Program-made: the position numbers and the translations under genes
NCBI GenBank assembly: GCA_963777505.1
Contig: CAVZQN010000001.1
Span: 416,001 to 480,000 of the forward strand
Length of the DNA stretch: 64,000 nt
Reading direction: 5' to 3'
Source: an uncultured bacterium
GTDB lineage: Bacteria > Acidobacteriota > HRBIN11 > JAKEFK01
In this document: positions 20,549-31,858 of the stretch, one piece after another
How the letters are laid out: each line of letters begins with the position of its first letter
Position numbering within the stretch: the first letter of the stretch is position 1
Notes under the pieces: model-generated
Told to the model about the DNA's origin: nothing
Databases searched by the model: none
The model's input: the letters and a program-made list of their open reading frames with translations, nothing else

Positions 20549-23218
20549 CTATTCGTAACGCAGGGCTACAGTAGGATCAATTTTTGTTGCACGCCGTGCC
20601 GGAATATAGCAAGCAAAAAGTGCGACAACCATGAGGAGTGCAGGCACACCTAAATATGTGATAGGGTCAACCGCACTAAGGCCGAACAACATATTTCGAG
20701 TGAGTCGTGTTAACGCTAATGCAATGGCCAGTCCAAGAGTTGCACCGACTACAACCAGTATCATTCCCTGTCCGATAGTGAGCCGCATCACATCAGCTGC
20801 TTTGGCTCCTAATGCCACGCGTATTCCAATTTCCTGTGTGCGAGTTGAAACCGCGTAGGACATCACTCCATAAATTCCAATCGCTGCCAGAATAAGAGCT
20901 AGAATTCCGAAGGCCCCCAAAACAGATGCTGCAACGCGTGCAGGCATAAGCGGTGCGCTCATCTTTTCGATCATTGTTTTGACGCTTGAAAGCGGCATAT
21001 TTGGATCAAGTTTTTCAATCTCTTTACGAACCACAGAGATCAGTCTTTGCGGCTGCGCATTCGTTCTAACGATTACTGTCGTAGAGCCTGAATAATCCTG
21101 CGTGATTGGGCGGCAATAATAGAGTTGAGCTTTTTCATTCAAGCCGCCGTATTTTCCATCCTGAACAACACCAATAATTTGCATTTTGGGCTCTTCTGAA
21201 CTGCCAGCACTGAATCTTTTTCCGATTGGATCCTGGTTAGGCCAGTATCGCTTCGCAAAGGTTTCGTTAATGATTGTGACGGGTTGCGCATTTTCATCAT
21301 CTTGATTTGTGAAGTCACGGCCGCGAACGATGCGAGTATTCATTGCTGCAAAATAGCCAGGGCTGATCCGGCTTGTCATAGCGTAAGGCGCCTGCATCTT
21401 ACGCACCGAAGGTTGTCCTTCAACAAAAATTGCTTCCCTTGAAAAATGAAGATCCACAGGAACAAGATCAACAATTCCCGCAGCTTTTACACCGGGCAGA
21501 GCGCGTAGACGTTCTAACAATTGTTTTTGGAATTCACGGCCGCGCGCCTGATCATAACCTTGCAATCGAAGATCGAATGAAGCAGCAATTGCATTTTGAG
21601 GATCAAACCCGAGATTGATTGAATATGCACGTTGAAGCGCGCGCAGCATCAAGCCAGCACCCACCAGGAGTACAAGCGAGAGCACAACCTGAAAAACAAT
21701 CAAACTGCTTTTTAACCATGATCTGCGATATGAGCCAAATGAAGATTTATCCTTCAATGCATTTTGGACATCGACCTTCGTTGTTTGCAACGCAGGAAGC
21801 AATCCAATGAGCACAGCGGTAACAAGTGAAATCAGAAACGTGAAAATGAGCACACGATAATCGATATGTAAATCAATATTCAGCGGAACATCCATTGGCG
21901 GCTTGAATACGACGGCAAGTCTTACAAACCAGAATCCGAGCAACAGTCCGCAGATCCCGCTGCCGATCGCGAGAAGCAAACTTTCCGACATTAATTGCCA
22001 GATAAGCCGCGACCTACTTGCGCCTAACGCAAGATGCACAGCAATTTCTTTTCTCCGTGTCGTAGCACGTGCCAATAAAAGGTTCGCAAGATTCGTACAG
22101 GCAAGCATCAGCACAAATGCAACAACTCCCATTAAGACTCCTGTGAATCCAATCACCTTTCCTCGCATCATCCCACCCATGAATCCCGGCTTTCCTAGCG
22201 AAGCTCTCTTGCCTTCATTTTCATTCGGGTGCTCTTTTTCTAACTGCGCAGAAATTGCATGAATCTCTGCTTGGGCACGTTCATTAGTCATTTCAGATTT
22301 AAGACGACCCTGCACGAAAATGCTTTGAGTTTCCCGATCATCTAACCAGTCTCTTCCAATATCAATTTGCGCTTGCATCATCATTGGGAACCACAATTCA
22401 GGCGCAGAAATTATTTCCGTTCCATAAAAACCTTTTGGCGCAACACCAATCACAGAGTAGCTACGGCCATTCACGATAAGATTTTTTCCAATGATTTTTG
22501 GATCAGCGCCAAAACGCTGCTGCCATGATCGATAACTGAGGACTGTAACTGGATGACCACCAGGAAGTCGATCATCTTCCACCGAGATGACACGTCCAAT
22601 AGCTGCCTTGATACCGAGAACTTGAAAATAATTGCCGCTGACAAGATATCCCCAAACTCTTTCATTGATCCCATCGTGGCTGATGCTCAATGGAGCAAAA
22701 CGATATGCGATCAAGCCGTCAAAGACTTTGTTTCTATCACGAAAATCTTTGTAATTTGGATATGAAAATACCGGGAACATTCTGTTTTCTACCGAATTCG
22801 TTAATGAAACCAGCTCAGCTGGCTCTTGAATTGGCAAAGGACGCAATGCTGCAGTATTAAAAATGCTAAAAATTGCGGCATTTGCTCCGATACCCAGAGC
22901 AAGCGACAAGATTGCAATCGCTGTTATTCCGGGACTCTTGCTCAACCGTCGCAGACTGTAGCGAAAATCTCTAAGGATGGTCTCTATCAATGGAATTCTC
23001 CTTTGTGCGCGATGATTCTCTTTTGTCGATTCGATCCCGCCTAACTTGATCACTGCCTGGCGCCGGGCTTCATCGGGAGCCATTCCTGAACGTACGAAGT
23101 CATCGATATGCATCTGAAGATGGCACTCTAACTCTTCTTGAAAATCACGATCCTGTTTTTCGTAGCTGAAGAAACCACCTAACCGCACGAACCAGGATCG
23201 CAAACCTCGAAGATTCAC
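20549..23218 (-). CDS. ADOP family duplicated ABC permease (MacB/FtsX) with permease-prefix domain
   Basis: LALGIGANAAIFS, LACTNLANLLLAR and ARRATKIDP motifs; GTG start overlaps the PadR stop. Confidence 0.92.
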   Translation of the reverse strand: MNLRGLRSWFVRLGGFFSYEKQDRDFQEELECHLQMHIDDFVRSGMAPDEARRQAVIKLGGIESTKENHRAQRRIPLIETILRDFRYSLRRLSKSPGITAIAILSLALGIGANAAIFSIFNTAALRPLPIQEPAELVSLTNSVENRMFPVFSYPNYKDFRDRNKVFDGLIAYRFAPLSISHDGINERVWGYLVSGNYFQVLGIKAAIGRVISVEDDRLPGGHPVTVLSYRSWQQRFGADPKIIGKNLIVNGRSYSVIGVAPKGFYGTEIISAPELWFPMMMQAQIDIGRDWLDDRETQSIFVQGRLKSEMTNERAQAEIHAISAQLEKEHPNENEGKRASLGKPGFMGGMMRGKVIGFTGVLMGVVAFVLMLACTNLANLLLARATTRRKEIAVHLALGASRSRLIWQLMSESLLLAIGSGICGLLLGFWFVRLAVVFKPPMDVPLNIDLHIDYRVLIFTFLISLVTAVLIGLLPALQTTKVDVQNALKDKSSFGSYRRSWLKSSLIVFQVVLSLVLLVGAGLMLRALQRAYSINLGFDPQNAIAASFDLRLQGYDQARGREFQKQLLERLRALPGVKAAGIVDLVPVDLHFSREAIFVEGQPSVRKMQAPYAMTSRISPGYFAAMNTRIVRGRDFTNQDDENAQPVTIINETFAKRYWPNQDPIGKRFSAGSSEEPKMQIIGVVQDGKYGGLNEKAQLYYCRPITQDYSGSTTVIVRTNAQPQRLISVVRKEIEKLDPNMPLSSVKTMIEKMSAPLMPARVAASVLGAFGILALILAAIGIYGVMSYAVSTRTQEIGIRVALGAKAADVMRLTIGQGMILVVVGATLGLAIALALTRLTRNMLFGLSAVDPITYLGVPALLMVVALFACYIPARRATKIDPTVALRYE

Positions 23219-23559
23219 CGAGACTCCTTTGCTGCGTGAAAAAACCGCGCAACAATGGCTGCTGTTTGGTTCCAATCGCTCGCTTCCTTTGCAAGTTGCT
23301 TGCGTCCTGCACGTGTTAATCTGTAATACTTCGCCTTACGATTATTCTCAGATATTCCCCATTCTGATTTGATGTACGATTCTTGTTCCAATTTCAACAG
23401 CGCAGGATAAAGCGTCCCATAATTGATAGAAAGAAGTTCTCCACTGATTTGCTCTATGCGTCGAGCGATACCGTATCCATGCAACGGCCCCATCACATCC
23501 AGTGTCTTTAACACCATCAACGCAAGAGTACCCTGCAAAACGTCAGTTTTATCCGACAT
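23215..23559 (-). CDS. Acidobacterial PadR family regulator
   Basis: LQGTL, HGYGIARRIEQ, GTLYPAL and ENNRKAKYY motifs. Confidence 0.93.
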   Translation of the reverse strand: MSDKTDVLQGTLALMVLKTLDVMGPLHGYGIARRIEQISGELLSINYGTLYPALLKLEQESYIKSEWGISENNRKAKYYRLTRAGRKQLAKEASDWNQTAAIVARFFHAAKESR

Positions 23560-23565
23560 AGTTGA

Positions 23566-23621
23566 CTCCTATGGTTTTCAAATAGGAGAATCTCATACTT
23601 CCTATTGGAATTCAATAGGAA
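23566..23621. promoter_or_regulatory. Two TCCTAT-N9-ATAGGA palindromes (putative PadR operator)
   Basis: CTCCTATggttttcaaATAGGAG at 23566 and TTCCTATtggaattcaATAGGAA at 23599, immediately upstream of padR. Confidence 0.75.
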
Positions 23622-23896
23622 CAAGGATCAGGATTGCGCTTCGTGTCACATTTCGGGCGACGCGTTTGCACTAATCTTCGCAATATCGTTCGAACATTCT
23701 TTATGCCCACGACAAAAGCAATACAACTGCACAGTTTCTTACGTAAAAACGACCTCTCGCATATCTACTATTAGAATTCAGCATGAAAAGACCATTTTTT
23801 GCGCCTAATTTAAGATTGTGCAGGTTGATTCTGTTGGTTATTATAGAGTCAACCACATTCCAGGACCGGACCAGATTTAGTTAGGAGGAAGAAGAG

Positions 23897-26800
23897 ATGC
23901 TAGAGGCGGGATCTTTGTGCTTATGTGCATCTCGAGGAATTCGTCGCAAGATTTTTGCGCTGTTCTTCGTCTGTACGATCTTACTTGCAATTCAACCAAC
24001 ACACGCTGCAACATTGCAGGCAGGATTTCAAGAAACAATTGTATTCACCGGGTTAGTGAATCCTACGGCGATTCGTTTTGCGTCTGATGGCCGTATTTTT
24101 ATCGCTGAAAAAAGCGGACGGATTAAAGTCTATACCAGCCTTTCGGACACAACACCGGATGTTTTCGCCGATTTAAATGTAAATGTCTACAATTTTTGGG
24201 ACCGAGGCTTATTAGGCTTGGAGCTTCATCCCCAATTCCCAACCGTTCCTTATGTATACGTGCTTTATTCATATGATGCAGAAATAGGAATGCCGGCTCC
24301 GAAATATGGAACTCCCGGAGTTTACTCGGATACCTGTCCTAGTCCGCCCGGCGCAACTGCGGACGGATGTGTTGTTGCCGCGCGATTATCCCGTCTTGAA
24401 GCGAACGGAAATTTTATGACAGGATCGGAAAATGTTTTTATTGAAGATTGGTGTCAGCAATATCCTGGTCATACCGTTGGAAGTATGGCATTTGGACAAG
24501 ATGGTGCCCTTTATGTGAGTGCAGGAGATGCTTCCAGTTTTAATTTTGTGGATTATGGTCAAGATGGTTCGCCACTCAATCCTTGTGGTGATCCGCCAGG
24601 AGGTGTGGGGGGTGTTATGACACCGCCGACTGCCGAAGGTGGTTCTTTACGGAGTCAGGATTTGCGTACATCGGGCGATCCCGTTGGTCTGGATGGTTCA
24701 ATCGTGCGTCTCGATCCAGCTACGGGTTTAGCATTACCGGATAATCCGCTTTTTGCTGATTCAGATCCGAATGCACGCCGAATCATCGCACATGGCTTTC
24801 GAAATCCATATCGCATTACAGTACGGCCGGGTACAAATGAAGTTTGGGTCGGAGATGTCGGCTGGAGCATTTGGGAAGAGATTAATCGGATTACGAATCC
24901 TACCGATTCAAGTGTTGATAACTTCGGATGGCCCTGCTATGAAGGTGCGGCAAAACAATCAGGATATGACAATGCAAACCTAAATATTTGCGAAAACCTC
25001 TACAGCGAAACGGATGCAGTCATTTCGCCGTACTTTGCATACTCACATTTCGCAAAAGTTTTGCCGGATGAAACCTGTCCTCAAGGAAGCTCTTCACTTG
25101 CTGGAATAAAATTTTATACAACGGGTACATTTCCCGAAAATTTTGACGGAGCATTATTCTTTGCTGATTATTCACGCAACTGTATCTGGGCTATGCAAAA
25201 AGGTGACGATGGCCTGCCGAATCCCAATACGATTGTGACTTTTGCAGCCGGTGCTGCAAATCCTGTAGACATACAAATTTCTCCATCAGGTGATCTGTTT
25301 TATCCTGATTTTAATAACGGAACAATTCGACGTATCCAGTACGTAAGTACGACTCAACCTCCGTTAGCTGTTGCTGTTGCAAATCCAACAAGCGGAATCG
25401 CTCCGCTTCAAGTACAGTTTAATGGTTCCGATTCTAGCGATCCCGATGTTGGCCAAACACTCTCTTACGCGTGGGATCTGGATGATGATGGACTATTTGA
25501 TGATTCAACAAGCGTGCAGCCAACATTTACTTACACAACGGCTGGAACTAAAGTTGTGACCTTAAAAGTAACAGATAGTGACGGGATGTCCGATATCGAT
25601 TCAGTCAATGTTACGGTTAATATGAACAATCCCCCCACCGCAACGATCCTGACACCAACGACCGGAACACTATGGAAAGCAAACCAGGTTATTTCATTTT
25701 CAGGGAGCGCAACTGATCTGGAAGATGGAACATTTCCCGCATCAGCGCTCAATTGGACTTTGTTGTTGCATCATTGTCCATCCAACTGTCACGTTCATAC
25801 ATTGCAACAGTTTGCTGGTGTAGATAGCGGAACGTTTACGGCACCAGATCATGAATATCCATCACACCTCGAACTCAAACTCACTGTAACAGATTCACTG
25901 GGTTTACAAAGCACCAAAAGCTTGATACTGCAATCCGAAAACTGTCGAGCTCCGATTAAGATCAAAACCAACAACGCAAATGTTTGATCTTGTATTTAAC
26001 GGTACAACAGTACCGTCGGGCACTAATCGAAGAGTGATTGTTGGTTCGCAAAACACAGTCAGCGCAATTTCGCCTCAGATTAAAGGAGGCGTTTCATATG
26101 TGTTTAGCTCCTGGTCTGATGGAGGCGCACAAACCCACAATATTGTTGGGACCTGATCTTGCGTTCCAAACTTACTATGCCAACTTTGTACCAGGAACAG
26201 GTGGTGGAAGCGGTAACCCTACTGCAACGATTTCGACACCAGCATCCGGCACACTCTGGCAAGTAGGTCAAGTCATTTCATTTTCAGGAAGCGCAACGGA
26301 TCCGCAACAAGGCACATTACCGCCATCAGCACTGACGTGGACTCTGTTGTTGCACAATTGTGTATCTACTTGCACTGTTTCTACATTGCAACAGTTTAAT
26401 GGTGTGGCTAGCGGATCGTTTACCGCGCCAGAAGCTCCGTATCCATCGCACCTTGAACTTCGCCTTACTGCAACGGATTCCGGAGGTCTACAAGACACGA
26501 AAAGCTTGCAATTGAATCCGCAAACTGTCGAGCTCCGGCTTAGAGCAAAACCAACAACAGCAGTGTTTAATATTGAATTGAACGGTACTACATTCCCTTC
26601 AGGCTCCAATCGAAGAGTGATTGTTGGTTCGCAAAATACAATCAACGCGCCTTCGCCTCAGACTCCTGGAGGCGTTTCATATGTGTTTAGCAACTGGTCT
26701 GATGGTGGTGCACAAAGCCACACTTTTATTGGTCCAGCACTTGCCTTCCAAACTTACACAGCCACGTTCGTGCCGGGAACAGGCGGCGAACCAACCGCAA

Positions 26801-27357
26801 CAATCTCAACTCCCGCGGCTAGTACACTCTGGCAAGTAGCTCAAGTCATTTCATTTTCAGGGAGCGCAACGGATCCGCAAGAAGGGACATTGCCGCCATC
26901 AGCACTGAAGTGGACTCTGTTGTTGCATGATTGTTCATCTACATGCACCGCTACTACTCTGCAAGAATTTATTGGTGTGGATAATGGAACGTTCGCGGCA
27001 CCAGATGCGCCTTATCCATCGCACCTTGAACTTCGACTCACAGCAACGGATTCCGGAGGTTTACAAAACACAAAAAGCTTGCAGTTGAATCCACAAACTG
27101 TTGAACTCCGGTTCAGGTCAAAACCAACAACAACTGTATTTAATCTTGTGTTTAACGGTGTTACTGCAACGACAGGTTTTAATCGAAGAGTGATCGTAGG
27201 TTCGCAAAATACAGTCAGCGCCATTTCACCTCAGACTGCAAGCAACGGCCTGACATATGTATTCAGTTTCTGGTCTGATGGTGGCGCAGAGACGCACACT
27301 ATTGTTGGCCCTGCACTAACGTTCCAGACTTACTATGCCAACTTCGTGGTGCAATAA
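23897..27357 (+). CDS. Glucose/sorbosone dehydrogenase (PQQ-type beta-propeller) plus PKD plus 3 Ig-like repeat modules; +1 frameshifts near 25930 and 26151
   Basis: DRGLLG, GFRNPYR and GWPCYEG motifs; PKD YAWDLD; alignment with the intact downstream paralog shows two extra bases. Confidence 0.85.
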
Positions 27358-27495
27358 TGACAGGTGATTAGAATTTTTGAACAAACAAGAAAAATGGAGT
27401 TTCTTAGCATAACTTATAGGTATATACGCTTTGCTTTTATTCATTGAGTCAAACCATTCCTGGATCCTAGATTTGCGCGAAGACAGGAGGGAGAG

Positions 27496-30363
27496 ATGCT
27501 AAGTGCAGCCTCATTGTGTTCTGGTGCATCTCGAGGAATTTGGTGCAAAATTTTTGCGCTGTTCTTCGTGTGTACGATCTTACTTTCAATTCAGTTCACT
27601 TTTGCAGCAACATTACCCGCAGGATTTCAAGAAACAGTAGTATTCAGCGGGTTAGTCAATCCTACGGCAATTCGCTTTGCATCTGATGGCCGTATTTTTA
27701 TCGCTGAAAAAAGCGGCAAGATAAAAGTCTATAACAGCCTTTCAGATACAACACCGGATGTTTTTGCAGACTTAAATGTGAATGTCTACAATTTTTGGGA
27801 CCGAGGCTTACTCGGCTTAGCACTTCATCCCCAGTTTCCAGCCACACCCTATGTATATGTCCTTTATTCATATGATGCAGAAATAGGGATGCCGGCTCCG
27901 AAATATGGAACCCCTGGAGTGTATTCGGATCCCTGTCCTACTCCGCCAGGAGCTACTGACGATGGATGCATTGTTGCAGCTCGATTGTCCCGACTTCAAG
28001 CAAACGGAAATTTTATGACGGGAAACGAAAATGTATTTATTGAAAACTGGTGTCAACAATATCCCGGTCACTCAATTGGAAGTATGGCATTTGGACAAGA
28101 TGGTGCCCTTTATGTAAGTGGTGGTGATGCATCGAGTTTTAATTTTGTAGATTATGGTCAAGATGGTTCGCCACTGAATCCTTGTGGTGATCCGCCTGGC
28201 GGTGTAGGGGCTGCTCTAACACCACCGACTGCGGAAGGTGGTTCTTTGCGGAGTCAGGATTTGCGTACATCAGGCGATCCGGTGACTCTGGATGGTTCAA
28301 TCCTGCGTCTCGATCCGGTTACGGGTTTAGCCTTACCTAATAATCCGCTTTTTTCTGATCCCGATCCAAATGCGCGTCGCATCATTGCATACGGTTTGCG
28401 AAATCCATTTCGAATAACCGTACGGCCAGGTACAAATGAAATTTGGCTGGGAGATGTCGGTTGGAGCGTTTGGGAAGAGATTAATCGCATCATCAACCCG
28501 ACCGATTCAATCGTTGAAAACTTTGGATGGCCCTGTTATGAAGGCGCGGCAAAGCAATCAGGATATGACAATGCAAACCTAAATATTTGTGAGAACCTTT
28601 ACGGCGAAGCCAATGCAGTTGTTCCACCATACTTTACGTACTCACATTTCGCAAAAGTTTTGCCTGACGAAACCTGTCCGCAGGGAAGCTCTTCAATTGC
28701 GGGATTGAGTTTCTACACAACGGGTCCATTTCCCGAAATTTTTGATGGAGCGTTGTTCTTTGCTGATTATTCCCGTGATTGTATTTGGGCTATGCAAAGA
28801 GGTGACGATGGCTTGCCCAACCCAAACACGATTGTGACATTTGCAGCCGCTGCTGCAAATCCTGTAGACATACAAATTTCACCATCAGGCGATCTGTTTT
28901 ATCCAGATTTTAATGGCGGAACAATTCGACGTATCCAGTACGTAAGTACGACTCAGCCTCCTCTGGCTATTGCTGCAGCAAATCCAACCAGTGGCATTGC
29001 TCCGCTGCAAGTACAGTTTGATGGTTCTGATTCTAGCGATCCCGATATCCAAGCACTGTCTTACGCGTGGGATCTCGATGATGATGGATTCTTTGATGAT
29101 GCATCAATCGTACGGCCAACATTTACATACACAACGTCAGGAACTAAAGTAGCGACCTTAAAGGTAACTGATACAGATGGGATGTCTGATATTGATTCAG
29201 TCAATGTTACGGTTAACATGAACAATCCACCTACCGCAACGATCTTGACGCCAGCCGCCGGCACACTATGGCAAGCAAATCAGGTTATGTCATTTTCAGG
29301 AAGCGCAACTGATGTGGAAGATGGAACATTTCCCGCATCAGAACTGAACTGGACTTTGTTGTTGCATCATTGTCCATCCACATGCCACGTTCATACATTG
29401 CAACAATTTGTTGGTGTGGCTGGCGGAACGTTCACGGCACCTGATCATGAATATCCATCGCACCTTGAACTCCGGCTCACCGTAACTGATTCCTTAGGAT
29501 TATCAAGCACAAAAAGCTTGATACTCAATCCGCGAACTGTCGAGCTCCGGTTCAGATCAAGACCAACAACAACAGTGTTTGATCTTGTATTTAACGGTAC
29601 GATAGCAACGACAGGTTTTAATCGCAGAGTAATTGTTGGTTCAAAAAATACAATTAGCGCCATTTCACCTCAGACTAAAAACGGCATTACATATGTGTTT
29701 GGCTCATGGTCTGATGGGGGCGCACAGACCCACGATATTATTGCTCCTGCACTTGAGTTCCAAAATTACTTTGCCAACTTTGTTCCGGGGACGGTTAGTG
29801 GTGATCCACCAACCGCAACGATTTTGACACCGGCATCCGGCACACTATGGCGAGCCAATCAAGTAATTTCATTTTCAGGAAGCGCAACTGACCCGCAACA
29901 AGGCACATTACCGCCTTCAGCACTTACATGGACTTTGTTATTGCACAATTGTGTATCCACTTGCACGGTTACTACATTGCAACAGTTTGTAGGTGTAGCT
30001 AGCGGAACGTTTACAGCACCAAATGCTCCATATCCATCGCACCTCGAACTCAGGCTCACTGCAACGGATAACCAGGGGCTGCAAGACGTAGAAAGCCGTT
30101 TACTGAACCCTCAAACTGTCATTTTGACATTCAAATCCAAACCAGGATCCCTGAATATTTCGGTAGGTGGCACAACAGGAGTTACAACTTTTACGCGCAC
30201 AGTAATTGTTGGTTCGCTAAATACAATCAGTGCCCCTTCCCCTCAGATTAAAGGAAACGGGACGTACATCTTTAGCTTCTGGTCTGACGGCGGAGCACAA
30301 ACCCACGATATTTTTGCACCTGTAACCAACACAATCTACACCGCCGATTACAACAGGCAGTGA
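27496..30363 (+). CDS. Glucose/sorbosone dehydrogenase plus PKD plus 2 Ig-like repeat modules (tandem paralog)
   Basis: Same motifs as the upstream copy; intact 955-aa ORF with AGGAGG RBS. Confidence 0.9.
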   Translation: MLSAASLCSGASRGIWCKIFALFFVCTILLSIQFTFAATLPAGFQETVVFSGLVNPTAIRFASDGRIFIAEKSGKIKVYNSLSDTTPDVFADLNVNVYNFWDRGLLGLALHPQFPATPYVYVLYSYDAEIGMPAPKYGTPGVYSDPCPTPPGATDDGCIVAARLSRLQANGNFMTGNENVFIENWCQQYPGHSIGSMAFGQDGALYVSGGDASSFNFVDYGQDGSPLNPCGDPPGGVGAALTPPTAEGGSLRSQDLRTSGDPVTLDGSILRLDPVTGLALPNNPLFSDPDPNARRIIAYGLRNPFRITVRPGTNEIWLGDVGWSVWEEINRIINPTDSIVENFGWPCYEGAAKQSGYDNANLNICENLYGEANAVVPPYFTYSHFAKVLPDETCPQGSSSIAGLSFYTTGPFPEIFDGALFFADYSRDCIWAMQRGDDGLPNPNTIVTFAAAAANPVDIQISPSGDLFYPDFNGGTIRRIQYVSTTQPPLAIAAANPTSGIAPLQVQFDGSDSSDPDIQALSYAWDLDDDGFFDDASIVRPTFTYTTSGTKVATLKVTDTDGMSDIDSVNVTVNMNNPPTATILTPAAGTLWQANQVMSFSGSATDVEDGTFPASELNWTLLLHHCPSTCHVHTLQQFVGVAGGTFTAPDHEYPSHLELRLTVTDSLGLSSTKSLILNPRTVELRFRSRPTTTVFDLVFNGTIATTGFNRRVIVGSKNTISAISPQTKNGITYVFGSWSDGGAQTHDIIAPALEFQNYFANFVPGTVSGDPPTATILTPASGTLWRANQVISFSGSATDPQQGTLPPSALTWTLLLHNCVSTCTVTTLQQFVGVASGTFTAPNAPYPSHLELRLTATDNQGLQDVESRLLNPQTVILTFKSKPGSLNISVGGTTGVTTFTRTVIVGSLNTISAPSPQIKGNGTYIFSFWSDGGAQTHDIFAPVTNTIYTADYNRQ

Positions 30364-30365
30364 TA

Positions 30366-30475
30366 CAAGCGTGAACTTTGATTCTTACGGATCCTGGTGC
30401 AGGTTCTAGAATTTCGCGCTCAACAATTTTTCGAATGGACCATTCGGAGGAGATCCTTGTGGGCCTGGAATTCAT
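30366..30475 (-). pseudogene. 5' remnant of a zinc-dependent alcohol dehydrogenase
   Basis: PNGPFE / IVEREILEPAPGSVRIKVHAC matches the MDR ADH N-terminus and stops just before the GxCHSD motif. Confidence 0.6.
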
Positions 30476-30858
30476 TGGACAAATGACCAGCTGACAATAA
30501 TAATTCGCCAGTCATAGTCTTCACGTCGCAAAATCCAAAGGTGATTACCCTCATAAAGCGTAGACTCCGATTCTGAATCGGATCTTACATGTGTGGCGAA
30601 AGATGCAGTTTTGTACGCAAGATTGCCGCTGACATCAATCACTAAATCCTTGATTTCTAATCTTTCGATTTTTTGAACATCGTTTTGTAACAAGATGCCT
30701 ACTGCACTTTTCCCTTCAATCGGAGAGGAACCAGGCGGATAAAAACGGATTTCTTCAGAACACAGGCGTAACATAGATGGAATATCACCACGAAGCTCTG
30801 CTTCCACCCAGGAATGATGAAGCTCCAAGATCCGTTGATAATCGGGATTGTCACGCAT
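30472..30858 (-). CDS. NTF2-like / DUF4440 protein
   Basis: PPG..PIEGK, SGNLAY and G.HLWILRR...WRI motifs. Confidence 0.8.
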   Translation of the reverse strand: MRDNPDYQRILELHHSWVEAELRGDIPSMLRLCSEEIRFYPPGSSPIEGKSAVGILLQNDVQKIERLEIKDLVIDVSGNLAYKTASFATHVRSDSESESTLYEGNHLWILRREDYDWRIIIVSWSFVQ

Positions 30859-30868
30859 TTTGAAATAA

Positions 30869-31795
30869 TTAAGCAGCGGCTTTTTCTTGTTGTACTTTCC
30901 ACGCTTTCCAATAATTCTTCAATCGTTTGCAAAATGATTTCGGTGTTTCTGCGTATAATTGAGGACCCATTTCTTTCGCTTCATCTTGAAGTTCTGCGCG
31001 TCGCTTTCCGATCAGATTTGTTAGTAATTCCCTATCTTGATCCGAAGTCACATCTTTCATCTCACTAAGAAGTAGCTCTTCTAAAACCGCCAGATCATGA
31101 TCCAAGCCTAAAGTGTCAGCAAGTTCATGTGCCTGCTCTGCCATTTCGATCATGACTTCCGGCTTCGTAGCTTCTAAGAATTCCAATTGATAACGAAGAT
31201 ACTTCACTGACTTACGCCATTCGTGCAGATTCTCTACTGAAAGATCCTTGAAAGCTGTATCGAGCTCTTCTTGTCCGCGTGTATAGACTTTACGTACACC
31301 TTTCTTTAGCATTCCAAATCTATCCGGAAATTGCGGCCATTTCTTAATGTTGTTTTGTATTTGTCTGGTGAGACGAAGGACCGTTGCCATCGCTTTTTCT
31401 TTTTCAAGAACTTGCTTCCAGATTTTTGTTCGGCGTTTCACTAATTCTGAACGGAACTTTTTGATTGAAACCTTCCTGCTTTGCTTTTTGAAATGCTTCA
31501 TCAGCTGATCCAGAGTTTCAACCATCACATCCGCGTCACGGACCTCCGATAATGGACGACCGGCGTCACGTAATACTGTGTTCTCTCGCCTGTAAATGTC
31601 TTCTCCTAATTCATAACGGATCAATCTCAACATTCCACGTAATTGCTTAAACTTCTTGCGAGCAATATGTACACGCTCGCCAACTTTTGTGTTTCGTTGG
31701 CGGACGAGAGTCTTTTGCGCCTCTTTCAGCAAGTTGGTTGCAATTTCTTGAAATTGCTTGGCAAGATTCTCTTTTTGCTTTAGTTTTATCGACAT
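30869..31795 (-). CDS. CHAD domain protein (polyphosphate-binding)
   Basis: VHIARKKFKQLR, RDADV, LHEWRKSVKYLRY and LG.DHDL motifs. Confidence 0.92.
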   Translation of the reverse strand: MSIKLKQKENLAKQFQEIATNLLKEAQKTLVRQRNTKVGERVHIARKKFKQLRGMLRLIRYELGEDIYRRENTVLRDAGRPLSEVRDADVMVETLDQLMKHFKKQSRKVSIKKFRSELVKRRTKIWKQVLEKEKAMATVLRLTRQIQNNIKKWPQFPDRFGMLKKGVRKVYTRGQEELDTAFKDLSVENLHEWRKSVKYLRYQLEFLEATKPEVMIEMAEQAHELADTLGLDHDLAVLEELLLSEMKDVTSDQDRELLTNLIGKRRAELQDEAKEMGPQLYAETPKSFCKRLKNYWKAWKVQQEKAAA

Positions 31796-31858
31796 TCGTT
31801 CCTTCTTATGTATTCATAGTAGGTTGTAATCCAGAAAACGCGAAATATCTTTTGAAAT

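Noticed and set aside
25600-30360. Long near-identical repeats as a CRISPR array or mobile element
   Set aside because: They are in-frame protein domain repeats of about 550 bp inside the two GSDH genes, with no repeat-spacer structure.
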